A stretch of 64,000 bases of DNA from Lama glama (GCA_028534125.1 CM052851.1:8618001-8682000), one strand, 5' to 3'. Shown: positions 10,751 to 25,591, counted from the stretch's first letter. A program made the numbers and translations. The notes: generated by a model not told the origin, from the sequence alone.

Positions 10751-12917
10751 GAACAGCCTCCCATCTGGAAGAAGAGCCTCTGGAGCCAAAGCAGAGGGGA
10801 GCTTGGAGACAATGCCACTACAATCCTAACATTCAGGGCGTGGGTGGGTGGGGTGGGTTTGAGGAGATAAAGACTCTGGCTCAAACCCTTCCCCTTTATC
10901 TTCTAGGCACAGATCTGAGACCCAAAGATGGGTAGAGGGAACATGCAAGCGCCCTCGAAGGAGGGATGTGGCTGTTGGCACAGGGATGTGAGAGTTTTGT
11001 TTCCTTTTTCAGTTGGCAGATGCAGGTGGTGGTTGTGCAAGAGGGAGTCTGGAGGGTGTTAAAATGGTGGTGGGGGAGGGGAGCAGTCTACTGAGCCCAG
11101 AAATCAGGAAGAGATTTAACACTAAAATCCCAACCCAGGAAAGGGGTGAGCTCATCCCCTTGGTTGACTTCTCAGTGCCTTCTCTAACCTCACTTACAAA
11201 CCTGAGATTTGCAGGCTGGAGGAAGACAGCAGCTAAACTTTTTGAGCAAGATTTAGACAGGAAGCATCAGTACTTAGAATTCCGAGGCCTGGCATAACAC
11301 AGTGCCTGGGAGCTCAGCTCACTCCAGGACTAGGTGTGACCTATGTCTGCCTTGAGAAGCAAATCTTCCACTTTTAGAAGTGGGGAGAGCAAAGGCCAGG
11401 ACTGTGGTATTGGAGGCAGCTGGCCCTGAAGGATCCTGTCACTACTGAATTTGGTCTCATGTTCCCTCCAGGGTACCAAGGGAGCATGAGGTCCCAGGTC
11501 TTGCCAAAACAGCCTGGAGAGAGAGTTGCTGACCACTAAAATCCTTTCAGTTTTTGATTCACCTCTTGTAACCACCACCCAAGGAACACTCCTAGGAAAA
11601 GGAATCTACTTGCTCCATAAGTGAGCAGACGGGGCACTTAAGTCATTACTCGCATAGAAACAGAGGCTCCCGTGGTTTCTCTTTACTCCCCTACCTGTAA
11701 GTTTTACAAAGTAGCAATCAGCACAGGTGGGCCACAGTCAATTACCAGTCACGAGGAAGACACAAATTTCAATCATAAGGAACATAAGGGCTAAGAAATT
11801 TCCTATAACTCAAATTACGTTATAGCACTACTTGTGAGCAGGAGCAGTGTCATAGTTCTAACCAGAAATAGGAAGACAGAAACACAGAAGTTTGTGATCA
11901 TCATTGCTGTCATTCAGCATGGCACAGCTCTGGCAACTCTGTTCAAGTATCTTTCTCTTCTGGAGACCAAGAAGGAACTAAGAAGAATCTCTTACAACTT
12001 TATCAGTTTAATACTGAAATTTCTGAATCTGGTTTTTAAAAGAAACACTTTAACTCACCTCTACAAAGTGATCATAGGAATGTGCCATGGAGGTCTTGCC
12101 TTAACTGCTAGGGCTTATCAACAGCCACATTCTCTTCCCTCCTCACACCCACTGCCTTCCAGTTCAGGAGAGGGGATTATCCACCTGTTCAACAGCATCT
12201 AGTCTAAGCATATTGAGCATTTTGGACACTGGTAAGAGAGAACGTCAAACTGGAAGGAAAAACAGCACTGGGAGAGTTCACATTTAGTTTTGGCAGAGGA
12301 TGGAAATTAGGGAGATGAAGGTCCTAAGGCATGTTGGGGCGGGGGTACCCCCTATGGAAGGGCTATTGTGATTAGATATTGTCAAAACCAAGACTAAAAC
12401 ACATACACATGGGGGAGAATGAGTTACACATTTGGAGCAGGACCTGTTTTTAAACATTCTGTGTGGAAAAATTAGAAGCAGAATCACTCCAGAACAAGTG
12501 CTGATCCCAGCCTATCCAGCCATCTTGCTTTAGGCCCAGGCTGCCCAATCTGAGCAGAGCTAGTGAGGCTTATTGAGCCAAGTCCAGGTCCTCAAAGCAC
12601 CTCAACTACTGTGGCCTTCTCTCCTCAGCCCAGACCAGTGTGGTCTCACACAGCCACAAAAGGACAGACCATTGACAAAAAGCTCAGGCTGTTATCTCAA
12701 ATCCAAACTGGCAAGAGAAAAAAAGATTTGAGATTAAGTCGCCTCAGGTAACAGAAAGTGGCAGAACTAACATTTGAACTCACTTTTTTAAAAACTCCAT
12801 CTTTGTTCCTTTCATGTTCCTACCACTTTGCCATAGGCATTTAAATTAGATCCACTATCAGTATCCTCTTTGTATGTGGCAACTTGATTACCACATCCCA
12901 ATGAAGTAAAACTAAGA

Positions 12918-12923
12918 AATAAA
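12918..12923 (+). terminator. FADS1: Probable FADS1 polyadenylation signal (second AATAAA at 13435-13440)
   Basis: First canonical AATAAA I found after the stop, about 2.2 kb downstream, in AT-rich context. Confidence 0.55.
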
Positions 12924-14385
12924 GTTAATTTTGACCAAATGAAGGCTATTTGCTTATAATCCATAATGTTCTCCGTACCTGTTGACAGGACCCCCTGTAC
13001 CTCTGCTCTAAGTTACCGTCTACCTCTATGGCTCAAACTTCTTCCTGAACGTAAGTCCTCATATAGACTCCCCTTTGTAAACCCCTTGTGCAGACAGAGG
13101 ATCATCAGGACCCTCTGGAAAACACCAAGGCACAGGTGGACTATGGCAAGGAAAAGCCTAGCCCTTTCCTTGACACCCATATGCTCAAATGCTAGATTGC
13201 CTACGTACACTAGCCAGGTTTTAACGCATCGTTTCTTCCTGTCATAAAGCAATGCCCTCACCCTTTTAAATTCATACCTAGTCTTAGTGCTAGTAGTCTC
13301 CATAGGTTTCCTTTTTGCCTAAATCTTTCTTTGCAGGCACAGTACCTCAGAGCCAGGCTGTCAATCAAAGCCCTTTTAACTTATACCCTACTAGAACAGC
13401 TCTCTTCTTTGAGCAAGAATATTAGAACATGATAAATAAAATCTGTAGGACTGATTTCCCTTGCAGTGTGCAGTAGTTAATAACTCCTAGAAAAGATATG
13501 GCAGCTCAACTTCAAAAAATAAGGAAAACAAACCACTCTACCTGCTACCATAGGGGACAAGCCCTTAAGTAGAACTACTGCACTGAGGCAGTAACTCCTA
13601 AGAAAACTTACCTCTGGCCCCCATCACCATTACTGCAGGCTTAGAATTAAGAAAATGGAGTTCAAATAAGTTGAGTGGCTTGGCTCAATCTGGGAAAACT
13701 GGTTTCATGTTGTCAGTTGCTAGATAGCAGTGAACAAATAGATCCCTGCCCTCAAGGGAGGACTTTCTGTCTACAGTGGTTTTCAGAGTCCCCTAAGTAT
13801 GAGGTGTTGCTGGGGTGGAGTAGGGGGATCTATATCCCATTCCTGTTTCAACCAGAGGAGCTCTGATATCCTGAGATTCTATGTAAGATTTCACTTGAAA
13901 GATAGGTTGCTCCATTTAAAAACTACTGGTCTTTAGTCTTCTCCTTGCTTAATTTGTCAAAACACTGTGAAATTTCAGACCGCTTAAGTGTCCTGGTTAA
14001 CTTTAAATGGCAGTTAAGTGACAGGAATGCTAAAAAAAAATTACAAACTCAAACAGCCCCTACCAAGTTTCATCAGTGTTATAAAACTTTCAATGTACCA
14101 AAAAAAAAAAAAAACTCTATGAGAAATAGCAACCTGAAGTTGATGTCACAAAAAGAACAAGAAAGTGATTTTTGAATGGCAGCTTTCATTTTATAAACTA
14201 GATGCTATGAAGTAGTTGATCTAAGTTGTGAGGATTTCTCACAAGAGCTCTTTATCTCATACAGTAGATGGAAAAACTAGAAAGCCATTCAATTTATCAA
14301 AACTCCTTTGCCAGCAAGATAAACTAGGAGCATCCTCTAAATGGCTGAAGTACCGCCAGAGCTGCTTTGGCCTGTCTGTTGAGCA

Positions 14386-14404
14386 TGGCGCCATCTTGTG
14401 GCCA
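14386..14404 (-). promoter_or_regulatory. CTCF consensus site between the convergent FADS1 and FEN1 3' ends
   Basis: Minus strand TGGCCACAAGATGGCGCCA, near-consensus CTCF core (also contains YY1-like AAGATGGCG). Confidence 0.6.
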
Positions 14405-14547
14405 CTCAGACCACTTGTTATTACAGTGCAATTCCAGCATGTTACCTTGGAGTGAAAAGGAGAACATTTTACACTGTCTGAAGCCTGGAGCACTTAAGAT
14501 ATCTTCAAACGTTCTCAAAGAACATGACATTCTGGTTACTCTATAAT

Positions 14548-14553
14548 TTTATT
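14548..14553 (-). terminator. FEN1: FEN1 polyadenylation signal
   Basis: Plus TTTATT = minus AATAAA, about 750 nt after the FEN1 stop. Confidence 0.7.
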
Positions 14554-15068
14554 GACTCTTTTATCCTCATACCTTTAAAACAAAAACTGCACGTGAAAAC
14601 AGCATCTTATCCCAAAGTTTCAACTTAATTACCAGAGAGGCCATGAGAGGAATGCCACCACCTCATGCCTCTGAATAACCACTACAAAGACTGGAGTTAT
14701 GTAGCAAGTTCAAGTTTCTGTCCACCCCAGGACACACAGCTGGTAATCAAACCCTTGTTGCCATCTCCAGGGACTCAAACTGCCTGCCTGTCTGAATTCT
14801 CTGTAGCTCTTCCCATCTGTTTAAGGCTTAGTCTTCCTGACAGCTGTCCCTCAGGGTGGGTCAAGGCTGAGCCAGAGAAGCCAGTCTGGTTCCATGGTTA
14901 TTGCCCACCAGCCGGCCAGGCAGAAAATCATTTCCAGTCTTTTGTCTCCACCTTTTATCTCCTTTTCCCTTCTTCAAAATTTGCTGCTAAGGCTTTCATG
15001 TAACAATGGATTCAGTGTCCATTAAATTGCCTGAGAGGCGGTTTGAGCCTGACATACTTTCCTGAGCT

Positions 15069-15118
15069 AAAAACAAAAAAAACAAAAACAAAAAAAAGAA
15101 AAGAAAAGAAAAAACAAA
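15069..15118. repeat. A-rich simple repeat (U-rich tract in FEN1 3' UTR)
   Basis: AAAAACAAAAAAAACAAAAACAAAAAAAAGAAAAGAAAAG... Confidence 0.8.
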
Positions 15119-15299
15119 GTACCTTTGGCCTTCCTGCCATGAGGTCAAGTAACAAAGGGAAAAGCACTACTGAGAAGGGTGGTGCCTGGGAAGCAATCTG
15201 CGCCCCCCAACTGCACGGAGGTTCCTCTAGAGCGAGTTCTTGCGGGTACAGCAAGGCAGATATCCTGGGGTCAAGGAGGTATAATGAAGGGAAACCTGT

Positions 15300-16442
15300 T
15301 TATTTCCCCCTTTTGAACTTCCCTGCTGCCCCAGTCTTGGCCTTCTTTTTAGCGGATCCTTTGGGTTCTGGCTCCTTGCGCTTAGCTGAAGAGAGAGAGC
15401 CGGTCACCTTGAAGAAATCATCCAGGCGGCCCTGGGTGCTGCCCTGGCGGCTCTTGCTCAGCCGCCTGACTCCACTGCGGATTCTGTCCTCGGAGAACTG
15501 CTTTTCACCACACATGAACTTGACAAGCTCTTCTTCATTTGGCTCGCTCCACTTCAGCTCCACAGACTCTGGGTCCAGCACCTCAGGCTCAAGGAAGAGC
15601 TGCTGGGCCTCTTTGTGGAGCCAGTTCTCTGGCACAGGGTACTTGTTGGGGTCGAGCCGACGCACGATCTCCTCAATGCTCTTGTGCTTCTGGATGAGGT
15701 CCACTGCCCGCTTGGGCCCAATGCCCCGAATGCTCTCACAGTAGTCACTGCCCAGCAGGATGCACAGATCCACAAACTGCTCCTGATTCAGGCCCAGCTC
15801 CTGCAGAATTCGGCTAAGGTGGAATTCCTGGATGGGCAGCTTCTTGGCCTCGCTGGCAGTCAGGTGCCGCATGAGCACAGGGCTGCCAAAGGTCAGGCAA
15901 TCCATGTCCTCTGTGGCTGCGGCGTAGACTTTGCCAGCCTTCACCAGGGCCGCACAGCTAGCTTCTGCCTCACTGGGCGCGTCGAGGTACGGGATGCCCA
16001 TGAGGCTCAGGAGATGCTTGCACTCATCGTTGTGTTGCTTGGTGACCTTCACCAGCCGCTTGGTAAACTTCTCCACCTCCTCCTCGGCGCCGGCAGCCTG
16101 GGCCTGCTGCAGCTGCTTCTCCGCCTCAGCCCGCCGCTCGCTGCGTTTGGCCAGCTCACCTGACTTGAGCTGTGGCGGCTTGCCATCAAAGACATACACA
16201 GGCTTGATGCCGTTCNNNNNNNNNNNNNNNNNNNNNNNNNNNNNNNNNNNNNNNNNNNNNNNNNNNNNNNNNNNNNNNNNNNNNNNNNNNNNNNNNNNNN
16301 NNNNNNNNNNNNNNNNNNNNNNNNNNNNNNNNNNNNNNNNNNNNNNNGCCACCTTGCGGCCAAAGTAGCTCTTGATGTCATTCTCCCGGATGGCACCAGG
16401 GGCCACATCAGCAATCAGTTTGGCCAGTCCTTGAATCCCCAT
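15300..16442 (-). CDS. FEN1: Flap endonuclease 1, 380 aa, single coding exon (132-nt N-run at 16216-16347 keeps frame)
   Basis: [12 protein letters not shown]... N-terminus, EAEA and TEDMD active-site motifs, H3TH GSDY...GIGPKRA, PIP box QGRLDDFF, basic C-terminal tail; acceptor ttttcag| at 16463, 21 nt before the ATG. Confidence 0.98.
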   Translation of the reverse strand: MGIQGLAKLIADVAPGAIRENDIKSYFGRKVXXXXXXXXXXXXXXXXXXXXXXXXXXXXXXXXXXXXXXXXXXXXXNGIKPVYVFDGKPPQLKSGELAKRSERRAEAEKQLQQAQAAGAEEEVEKFTKRLVKVTKQHNDECKHLLSLMGIPYLDAPSEAEASCAALVKAGKVYAAATEDMDCLTFGSPVLMRHLTASEAKKLPIQEFHLSRILQELGLNQEQFVDLCILLGSDYCESIRGIGPKRAVDLIQKHKSIEEIVRRLDPNKYPVPENWLHKEAQQLFLEPEVLDPESVELKWSEPNEEELVKFMCGEKQFSEDRIRSGVRRLSKSRQGSTQGRLDDFFKVTGSLSSAKRKEPEPKGSAKKKAKTGAAGKFKRGK

Positions 16443-17102
16443 AGCAACACAGAAAAGGGATGGCTGAAAAAGAAAGTCAAGTAAGACAAGGAAGAACTTA
16501 AAGGATGAAAAAGAAGCAAAGGTTACAATGGGTGCTATCTCACCAACTTCACTTGCCGTCAGCTAAACAAATTTAGCACAACAAAAGGACACCAGGTCAG
16601 CACTAAAGAAGAACAAGACCAAGTTACCATCGTCAAGAAACTTACAGTCTAGCAACGAAGTCTGCTCAGTTAATACTAAGGATTCCTGAGTATCAGAAAC
16701 TGAACCGGATGCTAAGTGGAATAAAATGCTGCTGAAGTCCTTGAGGGACTGAAAAGTTTTGTGGCTACGGCAGCAACACGGCAAGCGTGAAGAAAGGGCT
16801 ACAGCAGACATCTGCCTCTAGGATCAGCAAGTCCAGAGGGCCTGGCCAGCTTGAGGAGTCCAGGGATCACAATGGCAGAACTGGCCCCTGAAGGACAGGC
16901 AAATCCCAGTTAGACAAAGGTCAGGAGAGACAGATATAGAACAACCAAAATACATGGCTGAATGTGGAAAGTAGTAAAATAAACTTATGAGTATCTGTCT
17001 TCTTGCCAATTCATGAACAATGCATTCGTTCCTCCTCTGTAGCTTTTTACCATTCATTGAACATCCCCAAAGTATTCCTTCAGCTCAACTCCTCTTAGCA
17101 GC

Positions 17103-17486
17103 TCTGATGGTTAGTTTTGTGTGTTAACTCGTCAAGGCCATAGAATCCAGTTATTTGATCAAACGCTAAGCCAGGTGTTGCCGTGAAGGTATTTCATAGA
17201 TGTGGTTAACACCTATCTTAGTTTTCATTAAGTAAAGGAGAGTGCGCTCCATAACGTGGGTGGGCCGCATCAAATCAGGTGAAAGGCCTTACAAGCAAAA
17301 ACAAGTTTCACTGCAAAAATCATGCCTCAAGACTGCAGCATCAACTCCTACCTGAATTTCCAGCCTGCCCACCATCCTACGATTTTTCCAACCCCTACAA
17401 TCACCTGAACCAATTCCTTAAAGTAAGTCTCTTTTACTATGTTCATATTCTATATCCTATTTTGTTCTGTTTCTCTGGAGGATACA
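17103..17486 (+). mobile_element. MLT2 (ERVL) solo LTR in the FEN1 intron
   Basis: Starts TCTGATGGTTAGTTTTGTGTGTTAACT, ends GTTCTGTTTCTCTGGAG.ATACA; perfect 5-bp TSD GCAGC (17098-17102 / 17487-17491). Confidence 0.8.
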
Positions 17487-18116
17487 GCAGCTTTGAAGGA
17501 CTGGCAAAAATAACATCTGAATGGGAGTAATGTGGCTTTCTCAACACTGCTCTCATCTCTCTTCAACATCCTCTTAGCGCTTAAGAGTTTCTACTTCTAT
17601 CATGATGTTGTTTTTGTTTTAACTCTTTCCCTTTGTATTTTCTTTCCACCACTAAGTCCGAAATGTGAACTCCATAGCTCCGACCCCACCCCAAGTCCTG
17701 ATCTAGGGACCTGGCGTGCTGTACTCACTCAGCCCAGTACTGCATTTCTGTGGTTCAGGCCCCTTAACCAAGTATTTCCTAGGGCACTATTTCCCAAACT
17801 TCAGTCAGGCCCAAACCACTCTCACAATTTTTTGCCACTTCCAACTAAAACTTGTACTTTTATTCATTTAATATTTTCTTTATACGGACACCATTTTCTA
17901 AAAACTAAGTTGAAAAAGAGAACTCCTCCTAAGCAATAATACCTATATTATATCAGTTACATTTTAACAAGTGTTACATGAAAAACTATTAAAAAAGACT
18001 TTTGGGGGTGCCACTTAAAGTCATCATGTACCACTGGCGGGATGTGTCCAACACTAAGAAATATTACACTAGGCCTTCTAATCGTTCCCACTCTTCCTTC
18101 ACAGGGCTCTTTCTAG

Positions 18117-18251
18117 TTATTATTATTTTTTGATGGGGGAGGTAATTACGTTTATTTATTTATTATTTTATTTAATGGAGGGACTGGGGATTTAACCCAG
18201 GACTTTGTGCATACTAAGCACACGCTCTACCACTGAGCTACACCCTCCTCC
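18117..18251 (-). mobile_element. tRNA-Ala-derived SINE (camelid Vic-1-like), second copy
   Basis: Minus strand GAGGGTGTAGCTCAGTGGTAGAGCGTGTGCTTAGTATGCAC...; 15-bp TSD ACAGG(G/A)CTCTTTCTA at 18101-18115 / 18255-18269. Confidence 0.85.
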
Positions 18252-19111
18252 ACAACAGGACTCTTTCTAAAGTGTAAAGGACCCTGGTACATTCCTCTTC
18301 CCAGTTAAGTCCTCAACATGGCATCAAGACCTTTCATGCTCTGGTTTCCAACTTACAGTCTGGGAACCTAAAAGAAAGGCTGGCATAAGGCCTGCCCTTT
18401 CTCACTTTTGCTCAGCCGTGCCCCTCCTCCCACCATCCTGCACAGCCCTTTCTTCTAGGTCCATCTCATTGTAGTTCCCCCGTGAACGACAGCAGCCTTG
18501 AACCTAGGCATCAGCATTTACCACCTGGGTAATATCACTAAGTCACTTCGTGGGTGACAGTAGTGAGTCATATGGGATTGGTCTTCTCATCTACCAAACA
18601 GGATGATAACCGTGCCTGCCTTGCAGAATTACTGCCAGGGTTAATTGAGATAACAGACTTTGAAAACCCCGGACATATACTAGGTGCGCTGTAAAAGTTC
18701 CCTCTCCAGAACTCACTCGTTTTTTTGGTTTGTGCCTCAAGCTAGCTGCTTTGCTAGAACGTGTACCGCGGGGACAATGCCTTGTTAGCCGGATATCCTC
18801 CCACTGCGTCCGACAAAGGCAGACAGGAAAGCGATTTGAACAAGTGCAGTTCACATAATGTCTCTCCTCCAGGATCTCAGTCACAATACACAACGACCCC
18901 GTGAGGTGGGAGTTATTATCCTCTTTCTATACATGAAGAAACGGGCTCGGACATTAAGCAACTGGCCCCCAGCTCGCAGCGAAAAGTGGCGGGACCGCCA
19001 GCCAGCGAATCCCGCGCTCGCTCCGCCCTGCGCGCGGCAGCCGCCCGTCTTCCCCAGTCCCCCGCGCAAAGCGGGCCCGCAGCTATCGGAGACGCTTCCC
19101 GCGGGTCTCAC

Positions 19112-19250
19112 CTGGCCTCTGGAGCGCTAGGCCTCGTTAGCTAACGCTTGCTCCCGCGAGACCCAGGACAGACCTCAGGCCGACTCCCTTCTCAGTCCCG
19201 CTGTTCGCTCACCACTAGCAGCCGGTAGGCTCTCGCTCCGCCGCCTTCCA
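19112..19250 (-). other. FEN1: FEN1 non-coding exon 1 (5' end approximate)
   Basis: Minus-strand donor CCAG|GTGAGA at 19112/19111 inside the CpG island. Confidence 0.75.
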
Positions 19251-19589
19251 AAGCCCGCGCTCGTGTCACGTGACCTGCCGCGGCGCACAGCCTTCTGGGA
19301 AGTGTAGTACAGACCCCGGCCCCCTTGGCCAGTTTCTCTCACGGCAAACAGTCCCGCCGGGGTTAACTGACTCGCTCAGCGACCCGACCGTACTCTTCTC
19401 CATCGTTTGCCCCTACTCAACCCAAGGTCCCCGCAGACCCCAGATCCCGCCACACAGGCAACCAGAGGACTACAAGTCCCACAATTATACTTGCGCTGAT
19501 GCACTTCCTCTTCCGGCTGAACAGAGCGCCTGCTCCTGCCGACGTGTTGTTCCGGTGGCTGAGCGGCGGATTGCCTTGTGCCCGGCAAA

Positions 19590-21903
<2,314 letters not shown>

Positions 21904-22525
21904 GCTCCCAAGGGTAAGTGTGGTGGCGATGGGGACACCAGAGAAGCCTCCCCACACTCACATCAGCAGGGACCTCAGGCCTGCTTGACCCCTTGGTTAA
22001 TGGAGACAGACTCAGCAGAATGGATAGGGATATTAGACACATATGCCTCTTTCCCTGTCCCTAATGGGGATTTAAGCCAAGTGGGATGGACTTTGTCAGT
22101 TTGGAGTTCTCCACGCTGCTCGAGGCCTCAGTCTGTGGCTTTGGGATGTTCTATGCGGGGCTGTGGGCACAGGCATTGCGTGGTTACACAATTGCGTTCT
22201 TTCAAGTCACACGCCAGTGACTTGGAGAACTGCTGGAGAGTGGTCCAATACAGGACCCGGATCCGGGGGTGGCCGTAAGGAGAACCATTTGAGTTTGTTT
22301 CAGTGTTTTCAGTCCTTGAAATAAATCTTGACTAAATAACTGAAAAACAAAACAAAACTTTGTCACAGATAAGCCACCAAATTGGTCACTGAGAATCAAT
22401 CAGCTCTGGTGGCTTTGCTTCAAGGGACTACCTGTCAGCCCTTGCCCTGGGAGCACAGGGGCTCAGTAAGAAAAGTTGATGGAGAAATGGGTCACTGGTC
22501 TCATTCTGATACCCTTCTCTTTCAG

Positions 22526-22635
22526 GTTCCAACTTGGCATCACTGAATCCTTGCTTTTGTAAATTAATTTTTTTTTTAACTCTTGCTGGAAGTATCCCAC
22601 CTGCTGCTCACAATAAAGATGTGTGACAGCCCTGT
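22526..22635 (+). other. TMEM258: TMEM258 3' UTR exon 4 with polyA signal AATAAA at 22612-22617
   Basis: Donor AAGG|GTAAGT at 21913, 10 nt after the stop; acceptor ctctttcag| at 22526. Confidence 0.8.
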
Positions 22636-23192
22636 CTGGTGCCCGTTCTGCAGGGTGGGAGTGGTGCTGGGGCTGGGACCTCCGACTTCCCAAGTCCCAC
22701 CCCTTCCCGTTTCTCTTCTGCCTTTCAGATGGTTCCTGCTGCTGGGAAGCCCTGCCCTCCACCTGCTAGGGGTGAGGGGGGAATTGGGGGGGGTGTCTTG
22801 TCCTTGGAATTGAAGGCTCACCTGTGGATAGGAAGGGGCTGGGCCTACCTGATTCTGTTGCTTCTAGGGCAAACTTCTCTAGAAACCTGCACCAGTCAAG
22901 TCTGCCCTGGGCTGGTCCCCTCCTCTAAATAAAAGGCTCAGCTTTTCCCAAAGGTGGCTACTTTTAACCCAGGCAGGGCAGCGGCAGGTCTGTGGGGTGT
23001 GGCTAGGGGAAGGGGCTGCTGTATCCTGTTCCCAAGCTAGGCACAAAGCTAAGAAAGATAATGGGGTACAAAGCATCCCTCGGGCTCAGGGGCCTCCGTT
23101 GGTCCTAGCCCCATAGGCAGCCTTGTCTCGCATCAGAAGAATCTCAAGAAAAGACAGGGAGGCAAGCTTAGATACAAAGCAGTATTTATACA

Positions 23193-23198
23193 TTTATT
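23193..23198 (-). terminator. MYRF: MYRF polyadenylation signal (3' UTR about 23170-25649)
   Basis: Plus TTTATT in an AT-rich block about 2.45 kb after the MYRF stop. Confidence 0.75.
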
Positions 23199-25458
23199 TA
23201 TATACGTATATTTACTTCAGAAAAGAACAGTTCAGGGGACAGGAAGCAGGCAGGCCTGGGGCTGCTTGCCTCTGCCCACTCCAGAGTCAGAGTTGGTGCA
23301 TGATAAATATGAGTCAAAGCTCAGGGGCAGGAACGGGGAGTTAAATGGGAGGGAGGGGGCGCTCTATGCACACGCAGGCTTTCTGGGGGATATAATGTGG
23401 GCAGGGGCACTTATGCATTGAGAGGCCCTATGTACAGCTTGAAGCTTGAGGGGAGGTTAGCCCAGTGGCTACAGGAATAAATGCCGAAGGGGAGAGAGGA
23501 AGGGAGGGATAGGCTGCTGGACCCCAGGATGGAGCCAAGATACCCATTCACCAGCACCTGCCAGGCAGCTTTCAGTCTCCAGCAGGTGGCCTGCTGGCCT
23601 TCCCCAAAGCCCTTTTTCCTTACTGGGCTTTAAGGCAACTTTGGTCCAAGGTTGACCCCACCTTGAGCAGCTTGGAGACCCAGCTTGGCCCCAACCTCTG
23701 CACTGAGGACCCCCTCCCCAGGCACGGAAACAGCCAGCTGCTAACCAGATTGGGGCGATGCTGTGTCCAGATGGCTCCAGGGGACAGTGGAGGGTCACTA
23801 TCCAGTTAAACACAGAGGGGTTGCAGTCCAAGAATATGCACCCCCACTGAGGAAGCCCCAGAATCCTTTTAGAAGGGGCAGGGCTTGGCATCTTTAAGGC
23901 ATTTAGGGAGGCTTCCCCCAATGGAAGGAAGGAGAACAGAGGAGTCCTAAGTAAGGCTCAGCCCGCTGCGTGGTATGGGAGCCATATGATTCCTATGTCA
24001 GAATGAGGGCATAGAGCCACGCTGGGGAGGGGCCTGGGAGGCCAGGCAGCCTTGCTCTCCCCCAGCTCCCACAGTTTCCCCGCCCTGAGGACAAGTGCTT
24101 TGACATCCATGGCTGAAGGGGGCCCAGGCTTCTTCAAGATTCAGCTTTCCCACAGAAAGGCCTCCCATTCAAAGCTGAGAATGAGAGGTAGGAGGAGCAA
24201 GGCCCGGTTCCCAAAGAGGTGGCCGAATGTCACAGGGCAAGGATGGCAATTCCCTTCTCCCCTTGTGAACCTATGGCAGACATGGCTGAATGATTTCCAC
24301 TCTCCTTCCATGAGCCTGGATGTGGCCTCTGAATGCTCCAGATATCTACTAAGAAAGGTTAATGTTGGCACTTGAGATAAGACTTCTGCCATCACAAAAG
24401 CCCACCATTCTGCTCCTGGAGGAGTGGGCAGAATTGGGGCCTGCTGCTGAGCATGGGACCCCAGTGTGGCTGTCCAAGCCCATCACAGAAGCCCCTGATC
24501 TGGGGAGATGAGGCCACCCACGGACAAGAGTGGAGAGGCCAGTCTTGGTGGCTGGGAATGGGATGGGTGTCTCAAGGCTCCTGGGGACAGATCAGAGCCA
24601 GGTCCCTGCCTCTGCAAGTGTCCCCCACTCTGGCTTTCCATCTCCATCCTTTCACTCCTGCTCTGGTTTAAGTGCATTTTAGTAATTACTTCATTAATAA
24701 CAGCAAAAGCAATTTGTATCCACCCACCAGCCAAGACTGGCCTGCTGCCTTGCAGGGATTCCTGCTCCTCTGCTCAGTGAAAAAGATGGGTCACCAACAC
24801 CACTGTGAGCTCTGGAAGCTCCTAGGAACCTTGGCCATAGGGCCACAATACCATCTGGGGGCTCACAGGGAACTTCCCTTCGGGATCCTCCAGGTTCAAA
24901 GGTCCAAGGCTTACCTGGCCCACTGGCCCCCCTGGTTCAGCCAGGCACCTAAGTGTACACAAGGCACATGGTTAGTCACCAGCCCATCCAGGGCTGGCTT
25001 CAGCGGCCCGGGTAGCTCTTGAGCCAAGCTCTCCCAGCAGGAAGAGACCGAGACCTCCTGGGCCACGCTTAAAGCTTAGAAGTCCAAGTCCAGTAACAGT
25101 CAAACCCTAAGAAGTCCACTACCTGGCCCTCCCCAGGGAGCAGTTTGGAGGGTGAGGACCATGTGCCCTCCTCTGACTCATGGGTCCAGCCAAGTCTGAG
25201 GGCTCGAGCCAAGCCCCGCTGATCTCAAAGGTGGGCAGGTCCTCTCCAAAAGAGGGGTGGCTCCCAGTCTCAAAAGGGGAGGCACGGAGGGTAGGCTCTG
25301 GACAGAATCACAGGCTTCCCCCGCCTCCAGGGCACCTGAAGCCAGCCCTCCAATGGCCATATCTGCACTGATGTGAATTGGGCCTGGCCTGGGCCCAGCA
25401 GGTCTCTCTCCAGCTCCCTCCGTGGTATAAGGCGGGGGCCGTCAGCAGGAACAGCAGC

Positions 25459-25591
25459 TCCAGTGTGAGGACTTCCAGTTTCACCAGTCACGGGGAGAGC
25501 CGAGCCGACTCAGTCTCTCAGAGGGAGTGCCAGTGGACGGCTGAGTGCAGGCAGGCGGCAGGCTCCAGTGTAACACCATTGCATCCAGTGT
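25459..25591 (-). promoter_or_regulatory. miRNA seed-site cluster in the proximal MYRF 3' UTR (3x miR-199-5p 8mer, 1x miR-145-5p 8mer)
   Basis: mRNA-sense ACACTGGA at 25459-25466, 25564-25571, 25584-25591; AACTGGAA at 25473-25480. Confidence 0.75.

Noticed and set aside
15043-16368. Plus-strand ORFs of 233, 182 and 145 aa
   Set aside because: Antisense shadows of the FEN1 CDS and its A-rich UTR repeat.
15300-16442. FEN1 as a processed pseudogene because the CDS has no introns
   Set aside because: Mammalian FEN1 has a single coding exon. The 5' UTR intron, CpG promoter, intact frame and synteny mark this as the real gene.
23200-23211. 12-bp palindrome ATATACGTATAT beside the MYRF polyA signal
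   Set aside because: Short and inside AT-rich low-complexity sequence, so it could be chance. No independent support.
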